A stretch of 64,000 nucleotides of DNA from positions 96,001-160,000 of the forward strand of contig JBGSMD010000051.1 of the NCBI GenBank assembly GCA_041740355.1. The letters run 5' to 3'. Shown here one piece after another: positions 9,889 through 18,790 of the stretch (position 1 is its first letter; each line of letters starts with the position of its first letter). A program made the translations under genes and the position numbers. Source of the stretch: Bdellovibrionota bacterium. GTDB taxonomy: Bacteria > Bdellovibrionota_C > UBA2361 > CALJRW01. The notes beneath the pieces are model-generated. The model saw nothing but the letters and a program-made list of their open reading frames with translations. It was not told the DNA's origin and searched no databases.

Positions 9889-11135
9889 TAGTTTAACGCC
9901 TTAACTTTAAAATGTGAGGCAAGATTATTGGAAGAGACAACAGCATCTTCATGAAACCCATATCCTAAATAACTTCCGGCATAAAAAATATTAGAACGAC
10001 CATTAAAGGACTTGATTATTTTTTGAGTTAGTAAACTTTCACTGGTATAAAGTGGATGATAATATTCATACTCTTTAATAATCTTACGCGGATCAATTTG
10101 ATGATTAGGACTGAGCGTTACTAAATATCTCTCTTTGGTCGTCAGTCCTTGTAATCGATTCATATCATAAGTAACTGATAGTGACTGTCCATCCTCAGTT
10201 TCTTCAGCATTATAGTTCCAGGAAGCCCAAGCCCGAGGATTTTTTGGTAAGACACTTAAATCGGTGTGCAGAACTGTATGATTATAATTATAGGTCCACT
10301 TTGAAAAACAATTAGTTTCTTCAATAGAAGGATTACTAAAAATTGGTAAAATTTGATCGGCATGCAAAGCAAAAATCAGATAATCAAATTTATCTTCTGA
10401 GCTTATTGTCTTTACAGTCACACCAATATCGCCGCGAGTAATTAGCTCCACTGGGCTATCAAGTAATATTTCCCCTTTGAAGTTTTGCTTAAATTTCTTG
10501 ACATATTCCTGACTTCCACCGACTACCGTTTGCCATTTTGGACGATCTTGAAGTGACAATAATCCGTGATTCTTGAAGAAATTAATAAATGTTAAGGCTG
10601 GGAACTTGAGCATCTCAATACTAGGCGTTGACCAAATCGAGGCCCCAATGGGCAAAATGTAATCATTAATCAAAGTCTTGCTATATTTTTTTGACTTTAA
10701 GTAGTCTCCCAGAGTCAATTCTAAGAGACCATTTCCCCTTAAATCTTCTGAGGAATTCTTACAAAACAATTGCAACTCAAACAAAAATCTATAAAATTTT
10801 GGGCGTAAAAGATTAAGCCGGTCCGCAAAAAATCCATTCAGTCCAGTTCCGGCATATGCCAGCTTCCGAGATTTAGAGTGAAAGGCAAATGACATATCAG
10901 AATATCGTATTGGTACATCAAGGATCTCTAAAAACTTAGTAAAGGTTGGATAAGTTTGATCGTTAAGAACAATAAATCCCGTGTCTACTGCAATGCCCGG
11001 CGAAACTTCCACAGTATTAGTATGCCCACCCAAATAGGAGTTGGCTTCGAATATCGTTACTTGGTAACTATCTTGAAGCAACTGAGCAGAGACAATCCCA
11101 GCGACACCTCCTCCAATTATTGCAACTCTTTTCAT
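9888..11135 (-). CDS. FAD-dependent oxidoreductase (UfaD/amine-oxidase-like)
   Basis: GGGVAG, LGGHTNT, VDTGFIV, AWASWNY and GFHED motifs. Confidence 0.88.
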   Translation of the reverse strand: MKRVAIIGGGVAGIVSAQLLQDSYQVTIFEANSYLGGHTNTVEVSPGIAVDTGFIVLNDQTYPTFTKFLEILDVPIRYSDMSFAFHSKSRKLAYAGTGLNGFFADRLNLLRPKFYRFLFELQLFCKNSSEDLRGNGLLELTLGDYLKSKKYSKTLINDYILPIGASIWSTPSIEMLKFPALTFINFFKNHGLLSLQDRPKWQTVVGGSQEYVKKFKQNFKGEILLDSPVELITRGDIGVTVKTISSEDKFDYLIFALHADQILPIFSNPSIEETNCFSKWTYNYNHTVLHTDLSVLPKNPRAWASWNYNAEETEDGQSLSVTYDMNRLQGLTTKERYLVTLSPNHQIDPRKIIKEYEYYHPLYTSESLLTQKIIKSFNGRSNIFYAGSYLGYGFHEDAVVSSNNLASHFKVKALN

Positions 11136-11177
11136 AATACTAGACCTGGTTAAAATTACTATTTTAAAAAATTCCGC

Positions 11178-12203
11178 CTAGTATCTTTTCTTAGGTTTAA
11201 ATAAATAATGACTCACGAGCCATTCCTGACCATCTTTAAACCCAAATAATTCAGCACAAGATAAGAAAAAGATTAACCAGCGTCGATACCATACTTTAGC
11301 TAATTTTTTACCGTATGTCTTTTCTAATATTGGCATTACATCATTTCGATGATTTTTAATGTTCTCCGCCCATGCATTAGCAGTTTTCTGATAATTTGTG
11401 CCTAAGACATCCCATTGTTCAATTATTTGAAGATCTTGATCATATTGATAGAATAGTTTTTTGCTAGGCATGGTACCGCCAGCAAAGAAATATTTGGCCA
11501 TCCACTGATCACTCCGATCTTCATTAAAAAAATAAGTTAGGTTTTGATGACAAAAAACATGCACAAACATTAAGCCTTCAGGCACTAGCCAGCCAGCAAT
11601 TTTTTTAAAAAGCTCCGAATAATTACGCAAATGCTCAAACATTTCTACCGATACAATGCGATCATATTTTTTATTTAATTCTAAATCGTTAATATCAGCT
11701 GTAATCACTTGGATGTTTTCTAGGCCGCGAGCTTCCGCTGTTGCCATGATAAATTCACGTTGAATCCGAGAGTTAGAAACAGAAGTGATTTGAGAATCGG
11801 GGAAATGCTTGGCGGCATATAGTGAAAATGATCCCCACCCACAACCTAATTCTAAAATACTTTGTCCATTTATTATTTGTGCACGAGTGGCAATTTCTGC
11901 AAGAGAATCAGTCTCTGCTTGGGCTAGACCGTTTACTCCAGGATAAAATGTTGATCCGCTATATTTAAGATTAGGACCTAAAACTTTAATAAAAAACTCA
12001 TACGGTAATTCATAATGTTGTTGATTCGCTTCTTTGCTTGCTAGAGAAATTTTTCCTGATTGCAAATGCTGTAGTTCCTTAGCCACCAAAGTTTGTTGAT
12101 TACTTTCGTGCCCCAATCTTTTTCTTAAAAGATTTCTAATACCCATGCGAATCAATCGATCTGGGACAGGAAAATTTTCAGCAATTTGGATACTTAAACT
12201 CAT
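11178..12203 (-). CDS. Cfa-like SAM-dependent methyltransferase
   Basis: ANQQHYE, LKYS, ILELGCGWGS, IVSVEMFEH and WMAKYFF.GG motifs. Confidence 0.88.
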   Translation of the reverse strand: MSLSIQIAENFPVPDRLIRMGIRNLLRKRLGHESNQQTLVAKELQHLQSGKISLASKEANQQHYELPYEFFIKVLGPNLKYSGSTFYPGVNGLAQAETDSLAEIATRAQIINGQSILELGCGWGSFSLYAAKHFPDSQITSVSNSRIQREFIMATAEARGLENIQVITADINDLELNKKYDRIVSVEMFEHLRNYSELFKKIAGWLVPEGLMFVHVFCHQNLTYFFNEDRSDQWMAKYFFAGGTMPSKKLFYQYDQDLQIIEQWDVLGTNYQKTANAWAENIKNHRNDVMPILEKTYGKKLAKVWYRRWLIFFLSCAELFGFKDGQEWLVSHYLFKPKKRY

Positions 12204-12211
12204 AACAAAAT

Positions 12212-12994
12212 CTATTTGGACTCAAACCAAGGGAAAAACTTACTAGTTTTTTGCTGATATGCCCGATAGGCCTCACCTCGAGTTGCCAGTGCCTGTTTCT
12301 CAGAGGGGGGAACTCCCGTCACAAATAACAGCAATAAAAACATTAATAATGGCGAAATTAAGGAAATTATAAATCCTGAAGTCCCTATAATAAAAATAGG
12401 ATAACTAAGCCAGATGATCCATTCAAAAAAGTAATTAGGGTGTCTGGAATATTTCCACAGTCCTAAATTACAGACTGGGCCCGCCTCAGCCCCTAGACTT
12501 CTAAATTTTGCTAGTTGAGAATCAGCTAAAGCTACACCTTGATATCCTATAAAGAATATCGTTAGGCCTAAATAGTCCCAAAAACTAAAATCTATCTTAT
12601 TAAAGATGTAACGAAACGGAAGAGCTAATATTCCAGCTATTAAAATCTGAGCTAAGAACAAAAGATAGAACTTACTTTTTGCTTTAACTCCCCACTTTGT
12701 TCGAAGCGTTTGATAGCGTCGATCTTCACCCTTTTTGAGGATGCGCCCAAATAAAATTAATTGTCCTAATCTTAAGGCCCAAATAAAAATTAGCACGAAG
12801 ATAATTACATTTCTTGTCTCAAAAGAATTATGAAGGAAATAAAATAATCCCCAGGAGAGAACTAAGCAGGTCCAAGCAAAATCAGCTAAATCACCTTTAT
12901 GATACTTTTGTGCTAAAAAATATAAACCATGAATTAAAAGTAATTGAGCAAATAATAAATATATAATATTAATCATCTCGATATTGTGCTGCAA
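12212..12994 (-). CDS. DUF1295 / steroid 5-alpha-reductase-like membrane protein
   Basis: W..RL, GED.RY, AD.QL..F, GLW.YSRHPNYF.E and Y..YQ..TS.F.PW motifs. Confidence 0.88.
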   Translation of the reverse strand: MQHNIEMINIIYLLFAQLLLIHGLYFLAQKYHKGDLADFAWTCLVLSWGLFYFLHNSFETRNVIIFVLIFIWALRLGQLILFGRILKKGEDRRYQTLRTKWGVKAKSKFYLLFLAQILIAGILALPFRYIFNKIDFSFWDYLGLTIFFIGYQGVALADSQLAKFRSLGAEAGPVCNLGLWKYSRHPNYFFEWIIWLSYPIFIIGTSGFIISLISPLLMFLLLLFVTGVPPSEKQALATRGEAYRAYQQKTSKFFPWFESK

Positions 12995-14234
12995 AATAAA
13001 TTGCTAAAAAATAGCAAAGTGCTGGAATACCAGCATATAATATAATTAAGCCAATTTTTATTGTACTTGAGGGAGCGACTTCTGTCTGATAACCAATTAG
13101 CTCTAATATTGGAAAGGCACAACCAGCTGCGACAGCTGCTGATAGTTTTTTTGCCAGAGACCAATAACCAATCATTTGGGCGTCTAAATTCTGATCAGCT
13201 GTTTTACTAGCTTCTTCGGCGACATCAGCTTGTAAGGTTGCCGGGACAATAATTGCCCCTCCCAGCGCAAAGCTAGAAAGGACGATAATTGTTAAATAAT
13301 AATATTGGTCACCTGCTCCCAAGAAAATCACAGCTAAAAACGAGACAGAGGATAATGTTAGACTTTGTAACCAAGCCCGACGTTTACCCATTTTTTTTGT
13401 CCAATAAATCCAGAAGGGAATAAAGATTAGTACCCCTAGAAAATAAAGCAAAATTAGTTGATTACCCAAATCACTTTCTAAGACATGATCGATATAAAAT
13501 AAAATCATTGCTCCCGATAAAGTCGAGCCAAAACTTATCAAAGCATAGGTTATTAATAGGATTTTAAACCCTGGTATCTGGAGCAAAGTTTTTAAAGAAT
13601 TTTGATTAGGATTTGAACTAGTAGTTTGTGTGAAGGTATTATTAGGCAAAAAATAGTAAATCAGGAGTGCCCCAATCAACAACAATATTCCATAAAAAAT
13701 GCTGCTTACTGACAAATGCGTAAAACTTGTATTTGATTCGGAATAGAATTTCGTAATTAGGACAGGCAATAAGGCCGCCAATACTGTTCCTAATAATAAA
13801 AATGCCTCCCTAGTTCCTAATATTTTAGTCCTTGCTTCGGAGTTGGAACTAAGACTTAAACCAAGACTCTGATACGGTACTGAAAAACCACTCCAGGAAA
13901 CATAAAAAAGAACTGAAAATAGAAAAAACCACAATAATTGATTAGTACCTATTAGCGGATTGGATAAGGCGTAAAAACTTATCGCCAAGGGTAGAGCAAC
14001 TATCAAAATCAATAACTTTCGAAACTTTTGATGTAGATCTACAAACTTACCAATTAGAGGATCTATGACAGCATCACCAACTCTAGTAAGGATAACAATA
14101 ATTCCAAACCAAAAAGCTGAAACTCCTAAAGTATCAACATAATATTTTGGTAAAAATACATAATAACTAAAAGCAACAGCCGACAAACCTAGTGCCGAGA
14201 AGGCATAAAGGAGGGTAGTTTTAAGAATATTCAT
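12969..14234 (-). CDS. MFS transporter (GPH/MelB-like)
   Basis: 12-TM pattern with D...DP.IG...D and .PY..L motifs. Confidence 0.82.
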   Translation of the reverse strand: MNILKTTLLYAFSALGLSAVAFSYYVFLPKYYVDTLGVSAFWFGIIVILTRVGDAVIDPLIGKFVDLHQKFRKLLILIVALPLAISFYALSNPLIGTNQLLWFFLFSVLFYVSWSGFSVPYQSLGLSLSSNSEARTKILGTREAFLLLGTVLAALLPVLITKFYSESNTSFTHLSVSSIFYGILLLIGALLIYYFLPNNTFTQTTSSNPNQNSLKTLLQIPGFKILLITYALISFGSTLSGAMILFYIDHVLESDLGNQLILLYFLGVLIFIPFWIYWTKKMGKRRAWLQSLTLSSVSFLAVIFLGAGDQYYYLTIIVLSSFALGGAIIVPATLQADVAEEASKTADQNLDAQMIGYWSLAKKLSAAVAAGCAFPILELIGYQTEVAPSSTIKIGLIILYAGIPALCYFLAIYFAAQYRDD

Positions 14235-14245
14235 TATCTTTGTGA

Positions 14246-14542
14246 CTATTCCGGCTTGTAAACTTCTTCTTCCAGCTTACTAGTAATTTTATGACGGCAA
14301 GATTCAGACATTTTTTTATTCGGTAATTGTTGTTTGAAATTATCTGATTTAGCAACAACATCCAAAGACTTGATCTGACGAAAAAAGCGTCGACAAAATG
14401 TGCAATGAAAATGATGGAGATAGAAGGTTACTTTTTCTTTAAAACTAAGTTTGCGATCTAAATAATGTGAAGACAGCTCAGAATATCGCTGACAAGATAC
14501 AATCAAAAATAATCCTAAAAATTTTGATATCCGACTTCTCAT
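14246..14542 (-). CDS. Zinc-binding anti-sigma factor (zf-HC2/ZAS)
   Basis: SC...ELSS..LD..L and HxxxCxxC (HHFHCTFC); translationally coupled to the ECF sigma gene. Confidence 0.82.
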   Translation of the reverse strand: MRSRISKFLGLFLIVSCQRYSELSSHYLDRKLSFKEKVTFYLHHFHCTFCRRFFRQIKSLDVVAKSDNFKQQLPNKKMSESCRHKITSKLEEEVYKPE

Positions 14543-15102
14543 TTTTTATACCAATTTTTTTGTAAGCAGTTCCTTAAGCGAGCTCTAATCCGATAAAGTA
14601 TCGTCCAATAGTTAGACGGAGATATATCTAACACTTGGCAAACTTCTTCCGCCTCTTTTTCTTCTAAGTATTTCAAAACGAATACTCGGCGCATGTTTTC
14701 TGGGAGTTTCTCCATACAACTCTGAAAGGCTTGAAGAAATTCTTCATTTTCAATCACTAAATCAGGATGTTCTAGCCAATTTGGAACATAAGTCTTCCAA
14801 ATACCCCAAGCATTAAAATTTCCATCATCGTCATTACCAGGTTCTAAATTGAAATTATAACTTACGGTATCTTCCTTACTGGTCTTACGAAAATTATCAA
14901 TAATTTTGTTACGAAGAATACTGGTTAACCAAGTTTTCTCTGTGGATCGACCTGCAAAACCCTCTCTGGCCCGCCAAGCTGACATTAATGTTTCCTGAAC
15001 TAGATCCTCAGCTAACTCAGGGCTTTTAACTCGTGAAAGCGCATAATTATAAAGATAATCGCCATAATTCTCTAGCCAAGTTTTAGGATTAAAATCATTC
15101 AT
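14539..15102 (-). CDS. ECF sigma-70 factor (TIGR02943/ECF13-like)
   Basis: W...YGDYLY.YA, AEDLVQET, F.GRS..KTWL..IL.NKIID and C..L.IS..N.W..L.R.R.RLR.CL..NW motifs. Confidence 0.9.
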   Translation of the reverse strand: MNDFNPKTWLENYGDYLYNYALSRVKSPELAEDLVQETLMSAWRAREGFAGRSTEKTWLTSILRNKIIDNFRKTSKEDTVSYNFNLEPGNDDDGNFNAWGIWKTYVPNWLEHPDLVIENEEFLQAFQSCMEKLPENMRRVFVLKYLEEKEAEEVCQVLDISPSNYWTILYRIRARLRNCLQKNWYKK

Positions 15103-15197
15103 CGGTGCAAATTAGAGTATGCAATTCTTACTGTGATGGAAAGAGGTTAAACAATAATATTTTAAAGATTGTAAGTTTTAACGCACTAAGGAAGCTT

Positions 15198-15345
15198 TAT
15201 ATAGTTATGACAAAAACTAATTTCCGAATATTTAAAAGTTAGTTTTGTGATTTTTGCCATAACTATATGATTTTATTATCCCTCCGTGGGATAGTAAGTC
15301 CCAAAAAATAATTTCCAACGGAAGTTACTTTTGACTTACTATATA
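15198..15345 (+). mobile_element. ~148-bp MITE-like triple-hairpin repeat, copy 2
   Basis: TATATAGTTATGACAAAAA...TTTTTGCCATAACTATA / TATCCCTCCGTGGGATAG / TAAGTCCCAAAAAATAATTTCC...GGAAGTTACTTTTGACTTACTATATA; TA at both ends. Confidence 0.8.
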
Positions 15346-15393
15346 TGTCTAACTTACTTTTAAAGAGAAAAATAATTTAATCTAGGATCTATG

Positions 15394-16047
15394 TTACGGT
15401 TTTTTCTTAAAGATTCGAGCGTTGAGTACCTCATGTGCAAGTTTGGAGAGTTCTGTCTTACCAATCGATCTTATCTCGGAACCTAGTTCTTGTAACTCTT
15501 TAAAGAATTCTGCCGCACTCCATTTATAAACTTGATGGTCATACTTAGTTCCAACCCCAACACGAATCTCGCCACTTAGTTTCTCTCCCACAAAATGGCA
15601 GAGTAGCTCTGCCGCAGACTGCTTGGCTAGGAATGCTTCCTGCAGATCCACATCATTCTCGTGTGAAACATGTTTGGTATATCCACTAAGTAATTCATCC
15701 GAACAAAGTTTAGCAGCGAATGAGCCATACGCGCAGATCAAGCTTGATAAGACATCAAATGACTTAGAAAAGGAGTATTCGTGGTTAGCCGCAATAATTA
15801 AGATAACTGTGGCACTGGCAATAAATTGTGAGGCTTCTTTAAGCAAGTCTTTTTCATCCCGAGAAAGATTAGGAAGGCCTGTTTTAATTTCTAACTGAGC
15901 ATCCCGAATTGTCTTGGATAGATGTGTTAATGCTAAAACAAGTGGCTGATGATTTTCGATAGTTGAACGTAGCCGATGCTGCACCAAGAGTGAGTCTACT
16001 TCAATAAAAGAATTTGCAGGCTTTTCTATAAGCTGGGCGATATGCAT
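15394..16047 (-). CDS. Hypothetical protein (orphan, helical)
   Basis: 217-aa ATG-started ORF; no family recognised. Confidence 0.6.
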   Translation of the reverse strand: MHIAQLIEKPANSFIEVDSLLVQHRLRSTIENHQPLVLALTHLSKTIRDAQLEIKTGLPNLSRDEKDLLKEASQFIASATVILIIAANHEYSFSKSFDVLSSLICAYGSFAAKLCSDELLSGYTKHVSHENDVDLQEAFLAKQSAAELLCHFVGEKLSGEIRVGVGTKYDHQVYKWSAAEFFKELQELGSEIRSIGKTELSKLAHEVLNARIFKKKP

Positions 16048-16159
16048 ATAATTTTGCTCGGAAAGTCCAAACTATAGCTTTGGATAAACCACAAATGTTA
16101 TGATCTATATAATATAACTGTGTCGATACTTATTTCAATTATAATTTAATGATCAGCAA

Positions 16160-16540
16160 CTAGGCTGCTTGACGCCATTCATATTGAATTCGCTCAATTG
16201 TGCCTGGTAAAGTACGATCTACTAATTCAAGAATTTTAATTAAGGTATCCTGTTCAACAACATTTAAAGCACTAGGATGAGGAAATAATGATAATAAAGT
16301 ATCCACAACCCCTTCTGGGCTTAAACGAAACATTCCAGCTTCACAAAATTTTTCGGCAATATCTAAAATATCAAAAGCATACTCATACTTTAATGCCTCA
16401 ACAAACATTGGCTCTAAATCTTTAAGAAAGATGTAAATTAATTCATCATATACTTCCCCGGGATATGACCTAATTCCTGCCGCGTAGGCAGAGATAATTG
16501 TTTGAAAATTTTCTTGGTATAATTTTAACTTGTTACTCAT
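16160..16540 (-). CDS. Hypothetical acidic protein
   Basis: 126-aa ORF coupled by a TAATG overlap to the upstream 71-aa ORF. Confidence 0.65.
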   Translation of the reverse strand: MSNKLKLYQENFQTIISAYAAGIRSYPGEVYDELIYIFLKDLEPMFVEALKYEYAFDILDIAEKFCEAGMFRLSPEGVVDTLLSLFPHPSALNVVEQDTLIKILELVDRTLPGTIERIQYEWRQAA

Positions 16541-16755
16541 TATAGTTTCTCTGAAAGATTGCGGAACACTTCATTCATCCCTGGAGTGATTGAACCAGAG
16601 TCGATTTTTGCACTTTTAAGAAATCTTGCAGTCTCAGTGGCTAAACCTTGTAATTGTCTTTCCAAAACTTCTGGTGAGTGCCGAAATGCAGCTGTAGCAA
16701 GTGGAGTCCGATTACCACTCTTGCCACCATTTACTAATCCATTTCCCTTAGACAT
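16540..16755 (-). CDS. Hypothetical small protein
   Basis: 71-aa ORF whose stop overlaps the start of the next ORF. Confidence 0.55.
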   Translation of the reverse strand: MSKGNGLVNGGKSGNRTPLATAAFRHSPEVLERQLQGLATETARFLKSAKIDSGSITPGMNEVFRNLSEKL

Positions 16756-16901
16756 TTTTGAGCCATTAAAGAATAAAACTCTCTAACTCTCTATTCTTTA
16801 ATTTTTAAGCTTATGCTTCTTAAATTGCCCTGATTACCGATTCTACAGAATGAGCTTTCTATAGTTTGCAATTAAGATTTATTCTGTTATTTTAATAGCT
16901 T

Positions 16902-18641
16902 ATGAATGACCTGCGAACTAAACTGATAATTACCCTAGAAAGTACCTGCAATTTATCAAAAGTAGAGCTTGATAAGTTAATTAGCCTGCCGAAAGAAATT
17001 AAAAATGGTGATTATTCATTTCCTTGTTTTTTATTAGCCAAACAAACGGGAGAAAACCCAGCTGCTCTAGCTCAAAAACTTAAAATTACCCTTGAACTAC
17101 CTACAGGGTTCCATAAAGTAGAGGCAGTAGGACCATACTTAAATTTCTTTATCGATCGACAAGTTGAAACAAATCGAGTTATTCAAGAAATCCTGACCAA
17201 GAAACTGAACTACGGTAAAGGAGATCATCAGGCTGAAACAATTATCATTGATTACTCGGGACCAAACATAGCTAAGCCCTTTCACGTCGGCCATCTACGA
17301 ACAACAATTATTGGCTTTGCTCTTTATAATGTTTTTAAACATCTGGGCTTTCAAACTTTTGGTATCAATCACTTAGGTGATTGGGGAACTCAATTTGGAT
17401 TTGTGTATGCTGGTTGTAAGATTTGGGGACGGCCAAGCGAAGATTCAATCGAGGCATTAGTTAAACTTTACATTGAAGCTAATACCCTGCGGAAAGCTCA
17501 AGATGAAAATCAATTAACTGCTGAACAAACAGAATATCCTAATGTTAATGAAATGGCCCGGGACTATTTTATTCGTTTGGAAAACGGAGACAAGGAAGCC
17601 GTTGAGTTTTGGCAATGGTGTTTAGATATTAGCTTAGTTTATCTAAAAGCAACCTATAAAACATTAGGTATAGATTTTGATTTCTACACAGGTGAATCTT
17701 TTTACATTCCAATGTTTCCGCAGATTAAAGAAACTTTAGAAGCGAGCGGTTTACTAACAGAGTCCCGAGGAGCAATTGGGATTGAGTTAGATGAAAAATT
17801 AGGTTTTGCTAGATTACTAACTCCTGATGGACGCTCACTTTATTTAACTAGAGATGTAATTACCGCCGACTACCGCGAAAAAACTTTTCAACCTAAAAAA
17901 ATCATTTACGTCGTGGGAGCTCCTCAAACTCTTCATTTTCAACAGCTTGTTGCCGTAATGCAAAAGATGAGTCACCCAGTTGCGGATAAGATTATTCACA
18001 TTCCTTACGGACACGTTCCTGGAATTAGCACACGAGCTCTGAAAGATAGTGATGGCAGTTTATCCTTGACAGCTTTAATTGAGGAAGGAAGTTCTCGTGC
18101 CCTAGAAACATATCAACAAAGTGTCAGCTCAAGACCAGAGAACATAGATGAAAATGCGATTGCTAAATCTGTTTCGCTAGGAGCAATTTATTTTAATTAT
18201 TTATCACGAACTAATAATAAGGATTTCCATTTTAATTGGGAAGAAGCCTTAAGTTTTCAAGGAGATACGGGGCCATATTTGCTTTATGCCTTAGCTCGAA
18301 TCAATAGCATGATTCAGAAAGCCAGTAATAGTGCTATTACTTTTAATCCAGAGACGGACTTCAAAGTATTAAACACTGATGAAACCTACGAAACTATCAA
18401 ACACTTAAATAGCTTCCAAGATATTCTCTACAAAATATCGGAAGACTACGAGCCAAACCACTTAGCGCAATATGCACTAAGTTTGGCAAAACTAGTTTCT
18501 CGCAATTACAATCAACTTAGAGTAGTTGGAGAAACAGATAAGAATCTAGCAGAAGCACGATTAGGACTTTTTACTGCATGTAAATATGTGTTAGAAATAT
18601 CAATCAAACTGCTTGGAATTCCACCACTTGAAAGAATGTAG
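16902..18641 (+). CDS. argS: Arginyl-tRNA synthetase
   Basis: DYSGPNIAKPFHVGHLR (HIGH motif), NHLGDWGTQFG and GDTGPYL.Y..AR. Confidence 0.96.
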   Translation: MNDLRTKLIITLESTCNLSKVELDKLISLPKEIKNGDYSFPCFLLAKQTGENPAALAQKLKITLELPTGFHKVEAVGPYLNFFIDRQVETNRVIQEILTKKLNYGKGDHQAETIIIDYSGPNIAKPFHVGHLRTTIIGFALYNVFKHLGFQTFGINHLGDWGTQFGFVYAGCKIWGRPSEDSIEALVKLYIEANTLRKAQDENQLTAEQTEYPNVNEMARDYFIRLENGDKEAVEFWQWCLDISLVYLKATYKTLGIDFDFYTGESFYIPMFPQIKETLEASGLLTESRGAIGIELDEKLGFARLLTPDGRSLYLTRDVITADYREKTFQPKKIIYVVGAPQTLHFQQLVAVMQKMSHPVADKIIHIPYGHVPGISTRALKDSDGSLSLTALIEEGSSRALETYQQSVSSRPENIDENAIAKSVSLGAIYFNYLSRTNNKDFHFNWEEALSFQGDTGPYLLYALARINSMIQKASNSAITFNPETDFKVLNTDETYETIKHLNSFQDILYKISEDYEPNHLAQYALSLAKLVSRNYNQLRVVGETDKNLAEARLGLFTACKYVLEISIKLLGIPPLERM

Positions 18642-18660
18642 TGTCGCTTAGCGACACTAC
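18638..18660. repeat. GTAG-type hairpin overlapping argS stop
   Basis: GTAGTGTCGC-TTA-GCGACACTAC, a perfect 10-bp stem. Confidence 0.6.
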
Positions 18661-18756
18661 CACGTCGTAGCCTTTGGCGAACGAGACGGGCTTGCCATGT
18701 CGAAGCTTTAGGCGAATGAGACGGGCTTGCCACGTCGAAGCTTTAGCGTAGACGGG
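18660..18756 (+). repeat. Tandem array of three REP-like units (35-bp period)
   Basis: CCACGTCGTAGCCTTTGGCGAACGAGACGGG-CTTG-CCATGTCGAAGCTTTAGGCGAATGAGACGGG-CTTG-CCACGTCGAAGCTTTAGCGTAGACGGG. Confidence 0.8.
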
Positions 18757-18790
18757 TTGTAATGAAATTCTAGCTTTAATAAAAAGTATT

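Noticed and set aside
18660-18756. Possible mini CRISPR array
   Set aside because: The units are separated by a constant 4-nt CTTG with no unique spacers, no cas genes are present, and the units match the dispersed REP family.
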